A stretch of 64,000 nucleotides of DNA from Macrostomum hystrix (taxonomy: Eukaryota > Animalia > Platyhelminthes): positions 3,038,001 through 3,102,000 of the forward strand of contig CATNEN010000002.1 in NCBI GenBank assembly GCA_950097015.1, written 5' to 3'. Position 1 is the first letter of the stretch, and the number at the start of each line of letters is the position of its first letter. A program made the translations under genes and the position numbers. Below, piece after piece: positions 12,121 to 23,553 of this stretch. Below the pieces are notes generated by a model. That model saw only the letters and a list, made by a program, of their open reading frames with translations, ran no database searches and was not told the origin of the DNA.

Positions 12121-13680
12121 TATGAGGGTCTGACCATCAAATCCTACTGAGATGGGATTCTGACCATTAAGTCCCACTGGGATGGGATTCTGACCATCAA
12201 GTCCCACTGGGATGGGATTCTGACCATCAAGTGCCACTGAGATGGGATTCTGACCATCAAGTCCCACTGGGATGGGATTCTGACCATCAAATCTTACTGA
12301 GATTGGATTCTGACCATCAAATCCTACTGAGATGGGATTCTGATCATCAAATCCTACTGAGATGGGATTCTGACCATCAAGTGCCACTGAGATGGGATTC
12401 TGACCATCAAGTCCCACTGGGATGGGATTCTGACCATCAAATCTTACTGAGATGGGATTCTGACCATCAAATCCTACTGAGATGGGATTCTGATCATCAA
12501 ATCCTACTGAGATGGGATTCTGACCATCAAGTCCCACTGGGATGGGATTCTGACCATCAAATCTTACTGAGATGGGATTCTGACCATCAAATCCTACTGA
12601 GATGGGATTCTGACCATCAAGTCCTACTGAGATGGGATTCTGACCATCAAATCCTACCGAGATGGGATTCTGACCATCAAATCTTACTGAGATGGGATTC
12701 TGACCATCAAATCTTACTGAGATGGGATTCTGACCATCAAGTCCCACTGGGATGGGATTCTGACCATCAAATCTTACTGAGATGGGATTCTGACCATCAA
12801 ATCCTACGGAGATGGGATTCTGATCATCAAGTCCTACTGAGATGGGATTCTGACCATCAAATCCTACCGAGATGGGATTCTGACCATCAAATCCTACTGA
12901 GATGGGATTCTGACCATCAAGTCCTACTGAGATGGGATTCTGACCATCAAATCCTACCGAGATGGGATTCTGACCATCAAATCTTACCGAGATGGGATTC
13001 TGACCATCAAATCCTACCGAGATGGGATTCTGACCATCAAGTCCTACTGAGATGGGATTCTGACCATCAAATCCCACTGGGATGGGATTCTGATCATCAA
13101 ATCTTACTGAGATGGGATTCTGACCATCAAGTCCTACTGAGATGGGATTCTGACCATCAAATCTTACTGAGATGGGATTCTGACCATCAAGTCCTACTGA
13201 GATGGGATTCTGACCATCAAATCCTACCGAGATGGGATTCTGACCATCAAGTCCTACTGAGATGGGATTCTGACCATCAAGTCCTACTGAGATGGGATTC
13301 TGACCATCAAATCCTACTGAGATGGGATTCTGACCATCAAATCTTACTGAGATGGGATTCTGACCATCAAGTCCTACTGAGATGGGATTCTGACCATCTA
13401 GTCCTACTGAGATGGGATTCTGACCATCAAGTCCTACTGAGATGGGATTCTGACCATCAAATCTTACTGAGATGGGATTCTGACCATCAAGTCCTACTGA
13501 GATGGGATTCTGACCATCAAGTCCTACTGAGATGGGATTCTGACCATCAAATCCTACTGAGATGGGATTCTGACCATTAAGTCCTACTGAGATGGGATTC
13601 TGACCATCAAATCCTACCGAGATGGGATTCTGACCATCAAATCTCACTGGGATGGGATTCTGACCATCAAATCTTACTGA
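12121..13680. repeat. 30-bp minisatellite between THOC5 and POLD1
   Basis: About 52 copies of GATGGGATTCTGACCATCAAATCCTACTGA; internal GATGG/CCATC inverted pair. Confidence 0.95.
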
Positions 13681-14016
13681 GAGGGGGTATTAGACTAACC
13701 AATAAACTGTAAAAACCTTGATCATTGAAAGATAAAAACAAAAAGTTAACACTTGGCAACTAGACTTGTCAAAATAATAAAACTGACACTTGTCACACGT
13801 TATATTTAGCATTGTTTGAACTTCAATAGTTGGAACTAGGTAATTGCCAAATGCATGCTACTGATGCGATAGTGCTGACAGGTACTGCAGGGGTAATTGG
13901 GATAATAGGGATTTTAGTTTGAATTTAGTAACAGAGTGAACTAATGGGAGCACAAATAAAACACTTAATGTATTTCCCTATCCAACAGACTTCAAATTGG
14001 GACTTGAAACTGTACA

Positions 14017-17000
14017 TCACTGACGATGTACAAAACCGTCGCCATTTGTCGAGTAACGAAATGGCCTCACACGGCTTGGCAGGCCGCGAGTTGTGGCCGA
14101 CGACGCCGCAGGCCGACGATAACTGCCGGCATGCCCGACGGCTTCAGTGTTGAAGTACACCTCCAGAGCCAGCAGCAGGCGGTAGAACTGAAGGGGCAGG
14201 ACATCGGATCTGGTGGCAGCAGTCGGCAGTAGATCAGTAGGATACACATTGATCTCCGTCTCAATCTCGTGCAGATCCAGATCCTGGGCGCACGTTGTCA
14301 TGGCAACGGACCCAGCCGGGTCGGCCTCTTCAACGCCGACGCCGAAGACTGGCAGACGATCGGGATAGTCAACGGGAATGCAAACAGCAACCGCGGCAAC
14401 GGCTTTCTGATCACCGCTGGCCCAACGAATTCCAACAGTGAAGAAAAGGTCGACAGGCGATATCAGCTGACTGAGCCTGGCTGTGAATGCCAACTCGCAG
14501 AAGGCGTCATAGGTAACGCGTTGCCAGGGCCGGCAAATCGAACAATTCGCCACGGGCGGCAGGCCGGGCGTTGCCTTGACAACAAAATTGACGCCAGCAT
14601 TGGCCAGATTGTCTAGCCGATTCAGCAGCTGCAGGCGAGACTCGGCGCGTCCGCGCAGGCGTCGGACACAATCGGCGACTCCGCGAAATGCCAGCTCAGA
14701 GTCCAGAACAATGTCCGGCGAGGCAGCTGAAGGTCGTTTGGAGTTTCAAGAATTTTTATTTGAAACGAAACATAAATATATTACAATGCAGTTCATACTA
14801 CTATTAAGTAAGCGGCAGTGTTAACTAATACAAAAAAGCTTAACAATTGAATAGTTATGAGAGAAGGTCGGATAGTAGTTTAGAAACCGAATTATGATAT
14901 AATGAGTTGAGGCTGCTGCTGCTGCTTCTGCTTATCTGAAACTGACAGATAATTAGCTAGAAAAATATGATGGCACTCTAATGCGAGAAACTGGATGCGA
15001 GGAATTTCTGCAGGATAATAATATACTGGGCATCTTTACTGGATATTCGCTAGCCTTGATTGTGTGATAATGCCAATTATATGGGATCGCAAGAAACAGC
15101 AACCAATGAAAGTAGAGAAGAAATCTTCAATAAATTGAAGTTGTATTAACAACGGACAAGCTTTGAAAGACTTTAAGGAAACAGCTCTGAAGAATCCGTT
15201 AGAAGGGCCTGAAGAATCAGTTAGTAGGGCCTGAAGAATCAATTAGTAGGGCCTGAAGAATCAGTTAGTAGGGCCTGAAGAATCAATTAGTAGGGCCTGA
15301 AGAATCAGTTAGTAGGACCTGAAGAATCAATCAGTAGGGCCTGAAGAATCAATTAGTAGGGCCTGAAGAATCAGTTAGTAGGACCTGAAGAATCAGTTAG
15401 TAGGGCCTGAAGAATCAGTTAGTAGGGCCTGAAGAATCAGTTAGTAGGACCTGAAGAATCAGTTAGTAGGGCCTGAAGAATCAGTTAGTAGGGCCTGATG
15501 AACCAATTAGTAGGGCCTGAAGAATAAACTAGTAGGGCCTGAAGAATAAACTAGTAGGGCCTGAAGAATAAACTAGTAGGGCCTGAAGAATAAACTAGAA
15601 GGACCTGAAGAATAGCTGCGCCCACCTTTGTTGCCAAGATCCACGCTGCGGCAGACGATGCCGGCAAGGCGCTGGGCCCAGGTGTAGGCCAGTCCGACGT
15701 CCCGACGTCGAAGCCACAGAAAGTCGCTAGCGGCGCCTGGCAGGGCGTGTCTGACAGCGTAGCCCGGAGCAGTTCGACCATCGTCGCCCGGATACAAGCA
15801 GTCTAATAGTAGAGGCGAATTGCCGCCAATCTTCGCCGTATCGACGTCCACAATGTCGACAGGCGGCTGCTGCTGCTGTTGCTGGGGCTCAATAGAAACG
15901 TTGCGCACTGTCACAAGCCGACAGCTGGGCAGGTAGTGAAAAGACAACAGCAATCGACGCCCTGAAGCATTCGGGACAGACAAGCTCAGCCGCACACTCA
16001 GCGGATGCGGGGTGAGCAATTGGCGAATGGCCTCCTCGCCGCTCTCATTCCCAGCCTCGTCGTCGTCATCGTCATCGTTGGCCGTAGCCGCAGCAGATTT
16101 GCCGCTCTTAGCCTTGCTCTTCTTTTTAGACTTCTTCTTGTTCTTCTTCTTTTTCTTCGAGCTCAAATCTTCTTCATCGTCGTCGTCGTCCTCTTCGTCG
16201 CCGTTGGCATCGGCGTGACGACCGTCTTCAGCCTCGGCGACATCCTGGCCAGCCTTGGCGGAGGAGCCTTTGCTGACGGCCGACTTCAATCGGTCCAACT
16301 CGGCTTGGCGAACAGATGCGGCCTCGTTACGATCGCCGATGATTTCAACCTGTAGTTTTAATTGCGGAAAACTATTTTTTCACTACATATCGCCCCTACA
16401 AATGTGTGACAAACTTGATATCATTTGGTTGAATCGTATCAGGTTTTTTATTTAAAAAATTAAATAAAATTCAACTAATTCTGCGGAAGTTGAACGAAAG
16501 AGAGGAAAAAATTTCAATGCAAAATGATAACTATAAATTCTGCTTTTTTCTATACATATCGGCTCATTTGACTCACAAGCATAGCTGTCGGCTGGTTAGC
16601 CAGCTCTTCAGCGTTGTCAAGGCAGCCGCTATCAGCGTAAGCGCTCAACTGGCTATAGAGCAAATACAGCGGCGCTGGCAACAGCTTAGCGACAGCATCG
16701 GCCTTCCATTGAGCAGTGACACTGGCGCCGGGACCAGACGAGTTTAATCCCAGAGCAGTCTCAACTGGCTCAGCAGCTTTGGCCACGGCTTCGAGCAGGG
16801 GCGCCAGAGATTCGAGTCGGCGACGCTTCTCGGCAATGTCAGCCTGCACAGCAGCTGCCTGACGCTTACCAGTGCGCAGCTTATTGGCCAGGGTCTCTCG
16901 CTGCTTGAGCTCATATCGAAGTCGGGCCAGTGTGCACTCGTGCTCGCTGAGTTCGGCCAAGTTGGCGCCGGAGTCGCGCACGAATTCGTCCAAAGGAGCC

Positions 17001-18697
17001 AGGCTGATGGACTCGTGACGGGAGCGAAAGTCCTGCAGTCAGAAATATATTGATTTTTGTGACATCAGCAACAGTTTTGAACTCCTTGAACTGCTGCGGA
17101 TTCTGCTACGATTCCAGCTGTGGATTCTGCTACGATTCCAGCTGTGGATCCTGCTACGATTCTAGCAGCTGTGGATTCTGCTACGATTCCAGCTGTGGAT
17201 TCTGCTACGATTTCAGCTGTGGATTCTGCTACGATTCTAGCAGCTGTGGATTCTGCTACGATTCCAGCTGTGGATTCTGCTACGATTTCAGCTGTGGATT
17301 CTGCTACGATTCCAGCTGTGGATTCTGCTACGATTCCAGCTGTGGATTCTGCTACGATTTCAGCAGTGGATCCTGCTACGATTCCAGCTGTGGATTCTGC
17401 TTCGATTCCAGCTGTGGATTCTGCTACGATTTCAGCAGTGGATTCTGCTACGATTTCAGCAGTGGATTCTGCTACGATTTCAGCAGTGGATCCTGCTACG
17501 ATTCCAGCTGTGGATTCTGCTTCGATTCCAGCTGTGGATTCTGCTACGATTCCAGCTGTGGATTCTGCTTCGATTCCAGCTGTGGATTCTGCTACGATTT
17601 CAGCAGTGGATTCTGCTACGATTTCAGCAGTGGATTCTGCTACGATTTCAGCAGTGGATCCTGCTACGATTCCAGCTGTGGATTCTGCTTCGATTCCAGC
17701 TGTGGATTCTGCTACGATTCCAGCTGTGGATTCTGCTTCGATTCCAGCTGTGGATTCTGCTACGATTCCAGCTGTGGATTCTGCTACGATTTCAGCAGTG
17801 GATCCTGCTACGATTCTAGCTGTGGATTCTGCTACGATTTCAGCAGTGGATCCTGCTACGATTCCAGCTGTGGATTCTGCTACGATTCCAACTGTGGATT
17901 CTGCTACGATTCCAGCTGTGGATCCTGCTACGATTCTAGCAGCTGTGGATTCTGCTACGATTTTAAGTCCTTTGTTTGAACAGGCAAGTATGTTTAATTG
18001 AGGATTTTTTAACCGCGAGTGGGAGGATCCATTAGCCAGCTAACATCTCTCTCCCTATTAGCCAGCACAGTAGGTAAACAAGGCTCAATTGGCCTACCTG
18101 ACATCTAGTAATCTCCCGCTGCAGATGACGGCATTCGTACAGCAGATTCTGCAACTGCAGATGACGAGAGTCGGCCTGGAGTTTAGAACTGGCTGTTAAT
18201 TCTCTGGCTCGCTTCAATCTGAACTGAGCTTCTCTATTTAATCGCTTCATAATCATCAGGTCAGACATGCAGCCGATTCTCAAATTCTCAAGCCTAATGG
18301 CTAGTGAGTCTCCTTCGTGCTTAACAATAGACGATTTAAGCTGAGCAATCTCGGACAGTCTGCTCAGCAGGCGGGCCTTGGTAGCTGCGAATGCCACCAG
18401 AGGACCATCGTCAATGGACGAAGAAGTTGCATCGGCCGTCGTCGGGCAGCTGCCGACGCCTTCCTCTTCAATGTAGAATGCTCGACGGATTGAATCAACT
18501 GAGCCCCGCTCAGCAGCCGGTTGCTGCTGCTGCCTCTGCTCCGATGTAGTCGACACAGTGTCCTTACTAGCCGTCGACACGACTTCGGCGGGGGACGCCG
18601 ATGACGCAACGGAAGCAGCTGCGCCAGCGGATTTCCTGGTTATTTTTCGTTTGACGGTGACGGCGGCAGGCGCCGATGGGTCGGTTTTAGTTGGCAT
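14017..18697 (-). CDS. THOC5: THO complex subunit 5 (FMIP) homolog
   Basis: Exons 18098..18697, 16577..17032, 15626..16349, 14017..14726 (~829 aa, phases consistent). Diagnostic segments: KLQADSRHLQLQNLLYECRHLQREITRC, LARLRYELKQR, LPAPLYLLY, HPLSV, CLYPGDDG, C-terminal PSRVRPFRY..GFVHR. Confidence 0.9.
15205..15612. repeat. 22-bp minisatellite in THOC5 intron 3
   Basis: About 18 copies of GGGCCTGAAGAATCAGTTAGTA abutting the donor at 15625. Confidence 0.9.
17092..17962. repeat. 24-bp minisatellite in THOC5 intron 1
   Basis: About 36 copies of GCTGTGGATTCTGCTACGATTCCA. Confidence 0.92.
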
Positions 18698-18779
18698 CTT
18701 GATGCTGCTGCTGCTGCTGCTGCAGGTTCAACTGACTGGAACAAAATTAATAATATCTTAACACCTTTTATGGTGACAC

Positions 18780-18998
18780 TAGACCCATTTCGCTGAATCT
18801 TGAGTACGCACTGACATTTTCATCGTCAGGCAGTGTACACTCCCACTGTGCCTTGGAGGTAGGCCCTTAACGGCATAAATTGCACGGCTAGCCTTCCCTC
18901 TGCGGCTGCGCCCCAATTTAATGTGGCCTCGCCGCGGAATCGAGCTCAGGGACCTTGGCGCCAGATGTAAACGCGTTAACCACTTTGCCACTCACCCC
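18780..18998 (-). mobile_element. tRNA-derived SINE (family A)
   Basis: Minus-strand head GGGGTGAGTGGCAAAGTGG (A box) ... GAGCTCGATTCC (B box); body alignable to 33600..33848. Confidence 0.7.
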
Positions 18999-19328
18999 TG
19001 AACTCACTGGAAAATAATGATCAATTTTATTTTAATGTTTGCCTATATTTTTAATCTGTAACAAGTTTTTTTGGTCTGCAGTTTTTTTGTTTCTAGTCAT
19101 AAGAAAAAAACTAAAATTAATATGCTGACAAATTTTGGGAAAAGTTTCAATCGATATTTTTTATTTAATTGTATATTTCGTGTAAAAAATCAATCAAAAT
19201 TAGACATTTACTAAGAAAGACCAGATCACATTGGAGTGTAGAAACAATTAGCTAAAATTAGACATTTCAATCATTATTCTAGTCCACAGTTACAATCCAA
19301 TGTTGAACACAGAGTTAATTGCGGTCAG

Positions 19329-20612
19329 TTACAGTTTGCCCTGCAGTTCACCTAGGCGTGACTGGAACTCTCTCAGTCGCATGCCCATGCTCATGTTGCC
19401 CTGCATTCTCAGGCGGCCAGTAAAGAATGCCTGCTGAGGATTCAGCCGGCCCAGCATCAGCTGGACAAGATCGGAGTCGCTGATTGTGATGGTCACGTCA
19501 GGCTTACCTGCGGACAGGTGACAGGTAAATCATATTTTACCACCGATTATACACTCGCTAGTTTAGCAACTTCCATTCAGAAATTTTGCAGCCAGGTGTA
19601 ATCTAACTTTTAATGGATCCCTCCACTGACTTTGTCTGTCTCTATTTATTGTAAGGGATGCCTGCCTGCTTGTTTACCTGTACTTATGACTCATGCCTTT
19701 TTTAGTAACATGCCTGCCTGTCCTAGGATTTCTCTCCTACGTATGTCATACGTATTCAGACGTCAGCTTCTATTTTTAGCAACAGACCCCTTGTTCATCT
19801 GACGTCAGTTTCTATTAATAGAAAGTCACGTGATGTATCTGCTACCCCTACCTTGTCTGCACCATATTAACAGGTCCCTAAATGCTGGATCATTTAAGTG
19901 TGTGCCTGCGTGCCCGCTAAGGAAAAAATTGCGCGGCGCATTCAAAGGCCGCGTGTACAGCTGTTCAGTCCGTGGACAAGTGGGCGACGCAACACACAAC
20001 TAACTTTCTACTGAAGCTAATTCTCGTAACTATAAGCAACGGAAATCAGTTGCCCAGCTAAAGTATACATATAGTTATCACTATACTTGGATTCAAGTCT
20101 GATCAGAAGTGTGTGTGTGCTTACGTATCAGCATATAGACAGAATTATGTAGAATTATGAACAGCCAGTCTTAAAGTTTCACCTGTTCCATTAAACTCCA
20201 CAGCACCAGCGCCATTCTTGCAGTCAACCAGCCACATTGCAGTGGCACCATCGCGACCTCCAGTAACTTTGAATGCGAAGACACCATTTATGCGCTTAAC
20301 AATCTGCTCGCCTTCTTCATTCAGGCCAGAGCGGATAGCGTCGAAAATTTTTGTGCACTACATTGACAAAAGATTGAGTATGTGAAAATTATTGACATAG
20401 TGCAATTTAGCCGCAATTCTGACCTAGGTTCTGCTGAATGATTCTATCAACTAATGAGACATGTGTTTTAACATAATATGATGCAAATTATATTACATTA
20501 CATTATATGTAAACATATAACTAACCTCAAAAACTCCATCAGCTGGTGCAGCTGAAGCTGATGTGGCCTTCAAAGAAGAATCACATCCTTTAATAGTCAG
20601 CAGATCAGGCAT
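19329..20612 (-). CDS. SCP2: Sterol carrier protein 2-domain protein (~146 aa)
   Basis: Exons 20526..20612, 20183..20357, 19329..19507: MPDLL...DGVFE-CTKIFDAIRSGLNEEGEQIVKRINGVFAFKV...WLVDCKNG...KPDVTITISDSDLVQLMLGRLNPQQAFFTGRLRMQGNM...GKL*. Not in the ORF track because the exons are short. Confidence 0.88.
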
Positions 20613-22978
20613 ATTGTATCCTAATTTATATGTTATTATTCTGAAACCAACAGAAAAATTTTTTTATATTCTACAAAAAAAATACAATTGTACATATTAT
20701 TGTATTGTATGCATTAAAAAATTTACCTATTTAACCAAATTTAATTTTTTTCCTTATGCATACATAATATATATACACTATTATTTCACATATAGTGTGA
20801 AATAATGTAAGATATGTAAAAAACTAATATCTTGTACATATTAACTACTAGTTAGTAAATTTGGTTACTATCTAATTAAAACAAACAAGAGATCTTACTT
20901 AAATGCTTGCTTTGGAATTTTCCAATAATTTTCCAATTATCACTGAAGATTATCACTGAAATTTAATTAAACTAATCTAAATTAATTTCTTTTTTTTTCC
21001 TTTTTATAATATTATGTCTAATTGATAACAAGGGCAATCAAATTAAATGTGCATTATTATTAATGATGTTAGTATTAAGGCAATTAAGAAGGCTACATAA
21101 AAATATTAAAAATATGTAAGCCTATTCTTAATTGTTACAATACATTACTTACATTAGAGACTAAAGTCGGCCTACGAGTTTCATTTTTTAGTATGATAGG
21201 ACATAACAATAAAAAAGTTATAATGTTATTAAAAGGGCATTTGTATGCCAAATATCTATGCTAAAAAAATCAAGACAGCTATTAATATTAAGAAACACTT
21301 GGCTTCAAGTAAATATAAACTAAAAACAGAATGAATGTTGTACAAAGTAAAGAAAATTTAAAGCAATTTTTTAAATTGAAAGATAAATTATATAAATATA
21401 CAAGTTGAGAAATGTTACTCCATTGTTAAACTCATATTTTTTTCTTTTTCTGATCAGCTTATTTTACTTAGGATAAGATATATATATAAAATGTTCAAAG
21501 ATATGAAATGAAAAATACCACATTTTAAGCAAAATTGGTCTAATTCTCAAATTTTGCAATGGGCCATTTCTAGCCATAGGCCTATACTAAAGTGGCTCAA
21601 GACCCTATGCATAAAGCAACCCACAGCTGCAAATAGTAAAAAAATATTTTAATAAAATTAAAACAACATTATCATTAGTATCATTAGTAGCTAGCTAGGT
21701 TGCCAGGTAGGTATATATGTATTCTATTCTAATTTCTAGAAGTCAAGAGCCTAAGACCTAATCATTCAGAGTAAATATATAAAAGGCTAATTCCATGAGA
21801 TGATGGTCATTGTATTGGTATACATAATAATCATTATTTGTACCAAAGACAAACTAACTCAAGACTTTGTATGTTCCATATTGATGGGTGTGACTTCAAG
21901 ATAAAGATAAGACACATTTTAAAGTAATTTTTTACTGTGTTAATGTAGTAGACAGAAACTTTCAATGATGGTTGTTTTTGGTGAAGGCTGACGTATTCAA
22001 ATTTTCAGCATAAGTTCAAGATTCCTGCAAATCAGGCAAGTTTTTGTCTCAATCAGTCATTTGTTGTTGTAAACAATAGCTAGATAAACAGTTATAAACA
22101 AATTTCACATGTTATTAGCCAGTTTTGAGTGTGTTGCACATTTTTTTCTTAGATGACGGTCATTGGACTGATGGTCATTTGTTTCAAATAAAACAATTTT
22201 TTTTAAAACAGCAATGTTTTGAATAGTTTGAAAACATTTTTTTAAAGTTAGACCTGCTGCCATAAAGTTACTATGATAGCAACAAAGGAATCTCTTTATT
22301 TTGGATAATATCATAGTTTTAAGATTGTTTGTAACTAATATTAGTTCTAATAAAAATATTTAATGCTTTTCTAACCATAAAATTTATTACACTAATCTCA
22401 CATTTCAGATCAAACCTACCATGTACCTTCAACAAAACATAAACTTCAAGATTGCCTGACTCAATAATCATAAAGATGGCTAATCAGTTAATAGAGGGAA
22501 CAGTGCATGAAACAATAAAATAAACCAATGGCTTAGTATGACTTAACAAAAAAGAGTTTATTTTAAGGCGTATAAAACAAGATTAACAGTATCTCTTAAA
22601 GGCTTGAATTCCAAGAACATGTATTGTCTTTAAAATTGACACAAGAAACTGTTACAAGAGAAATTAGATAAAAAATACACAACTTGAGAACAGTACTGAT
22701 GTAGTTAATTGTATGGATTTTATCAAATTTATGAAAAATGATAGCAATAACTTTTTCTGAATAATATACAGGTTTTAAGAATGCCAGGAAATGATGGTTG
22801 TTGGGTAACTATGCAGGTTTTTTAAGCATATTAAACTTATCACATGCTAACAAAAAGGACAATTTAACTTAGATATAGGCTAAGAAAATATTTTATTAAA
22901 AAAATCACTTCGCAAGCCTTTTGAACTTGGTATAACAACTTTTCATTAAAAAATGATAGTCGTTTTTAACACTTTTAA

Positions 22979-23553
22979 AAGGCAGAGCTTATTCCCACAG
23001 TCCCGTGCCGATAATTTCAATTTTATCCACATGGTTCTGTTCTTTAAAACAAGGCCCTTTCGGGTTTGAATGTTTTGTTGAACCCTTGAGCCAATAGATT
23101 GACAAAGTTGACAGTGTGTTACGACACTGTTCTACATTCGACCTACATATTCATTAACTGACATTAATATCATCCTTTTTAATTATTGTAATAACAACTT
23201 ACTAAATCTTTTGTCATCGTTACATGTTTTCATTTGAATTGTATTGACTTAAAAAAGTAAGAAGTCTATCTAAGAAAATCATACGAGTCAACCAGTAGAA
23301 TTCTAGTCAGCACCAAACTCGTCACACATATTATAAATCATTGTTATTCTTTTACACTATGCATTGATAGTGTACACTATACACTATAATCTGAAGCAAA
23401 AGCCTAATGCTCAGAGAAGAATAGGTAGGGACTTGAAAGTAGACCTATTCATACAAGCTGCTGTGTGGATAAGCAGAAAATTAGTGGCACGGATCTGTGT
23501 CGATAAAATTAAAATTATATTGGCATGGGACCGTGGGAATAAGCACTTCCCTT
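22979..23553. mobile_element. MITE with ~60-bp imperfect TIRs and TTAA flanks (Kolobok-like)
   Basis: TTAA|AAGGCAGAGCTTATTCCCACAGTCCCGTGCCGATAATTTCAATTTTATCCACA is mirrored by TCGATAAAATTAAAATTATATTGGCATGGGACCGTGGGAATAAGCACTTCCCTT|TTAA. The superfamily call rests on TTAA plus purine-start TIRs. Confidence 0.6.

Noticed and set aside
12121-13680. CRISPR array (also considered for the 42-bp and 45-bp arrays)
   Set aside because: The variable parts are a few recurrent point variants, not unique spacers; no cas genes; eukaryotic context.
4359-17979. Long repetitive ORFs ([44 protein letters not shown]) as real proteins
   Set aside because: They arise from tandem units that are multiples of 3, lie mostly within introns of POLD1/THOC5, and are open on both strands.
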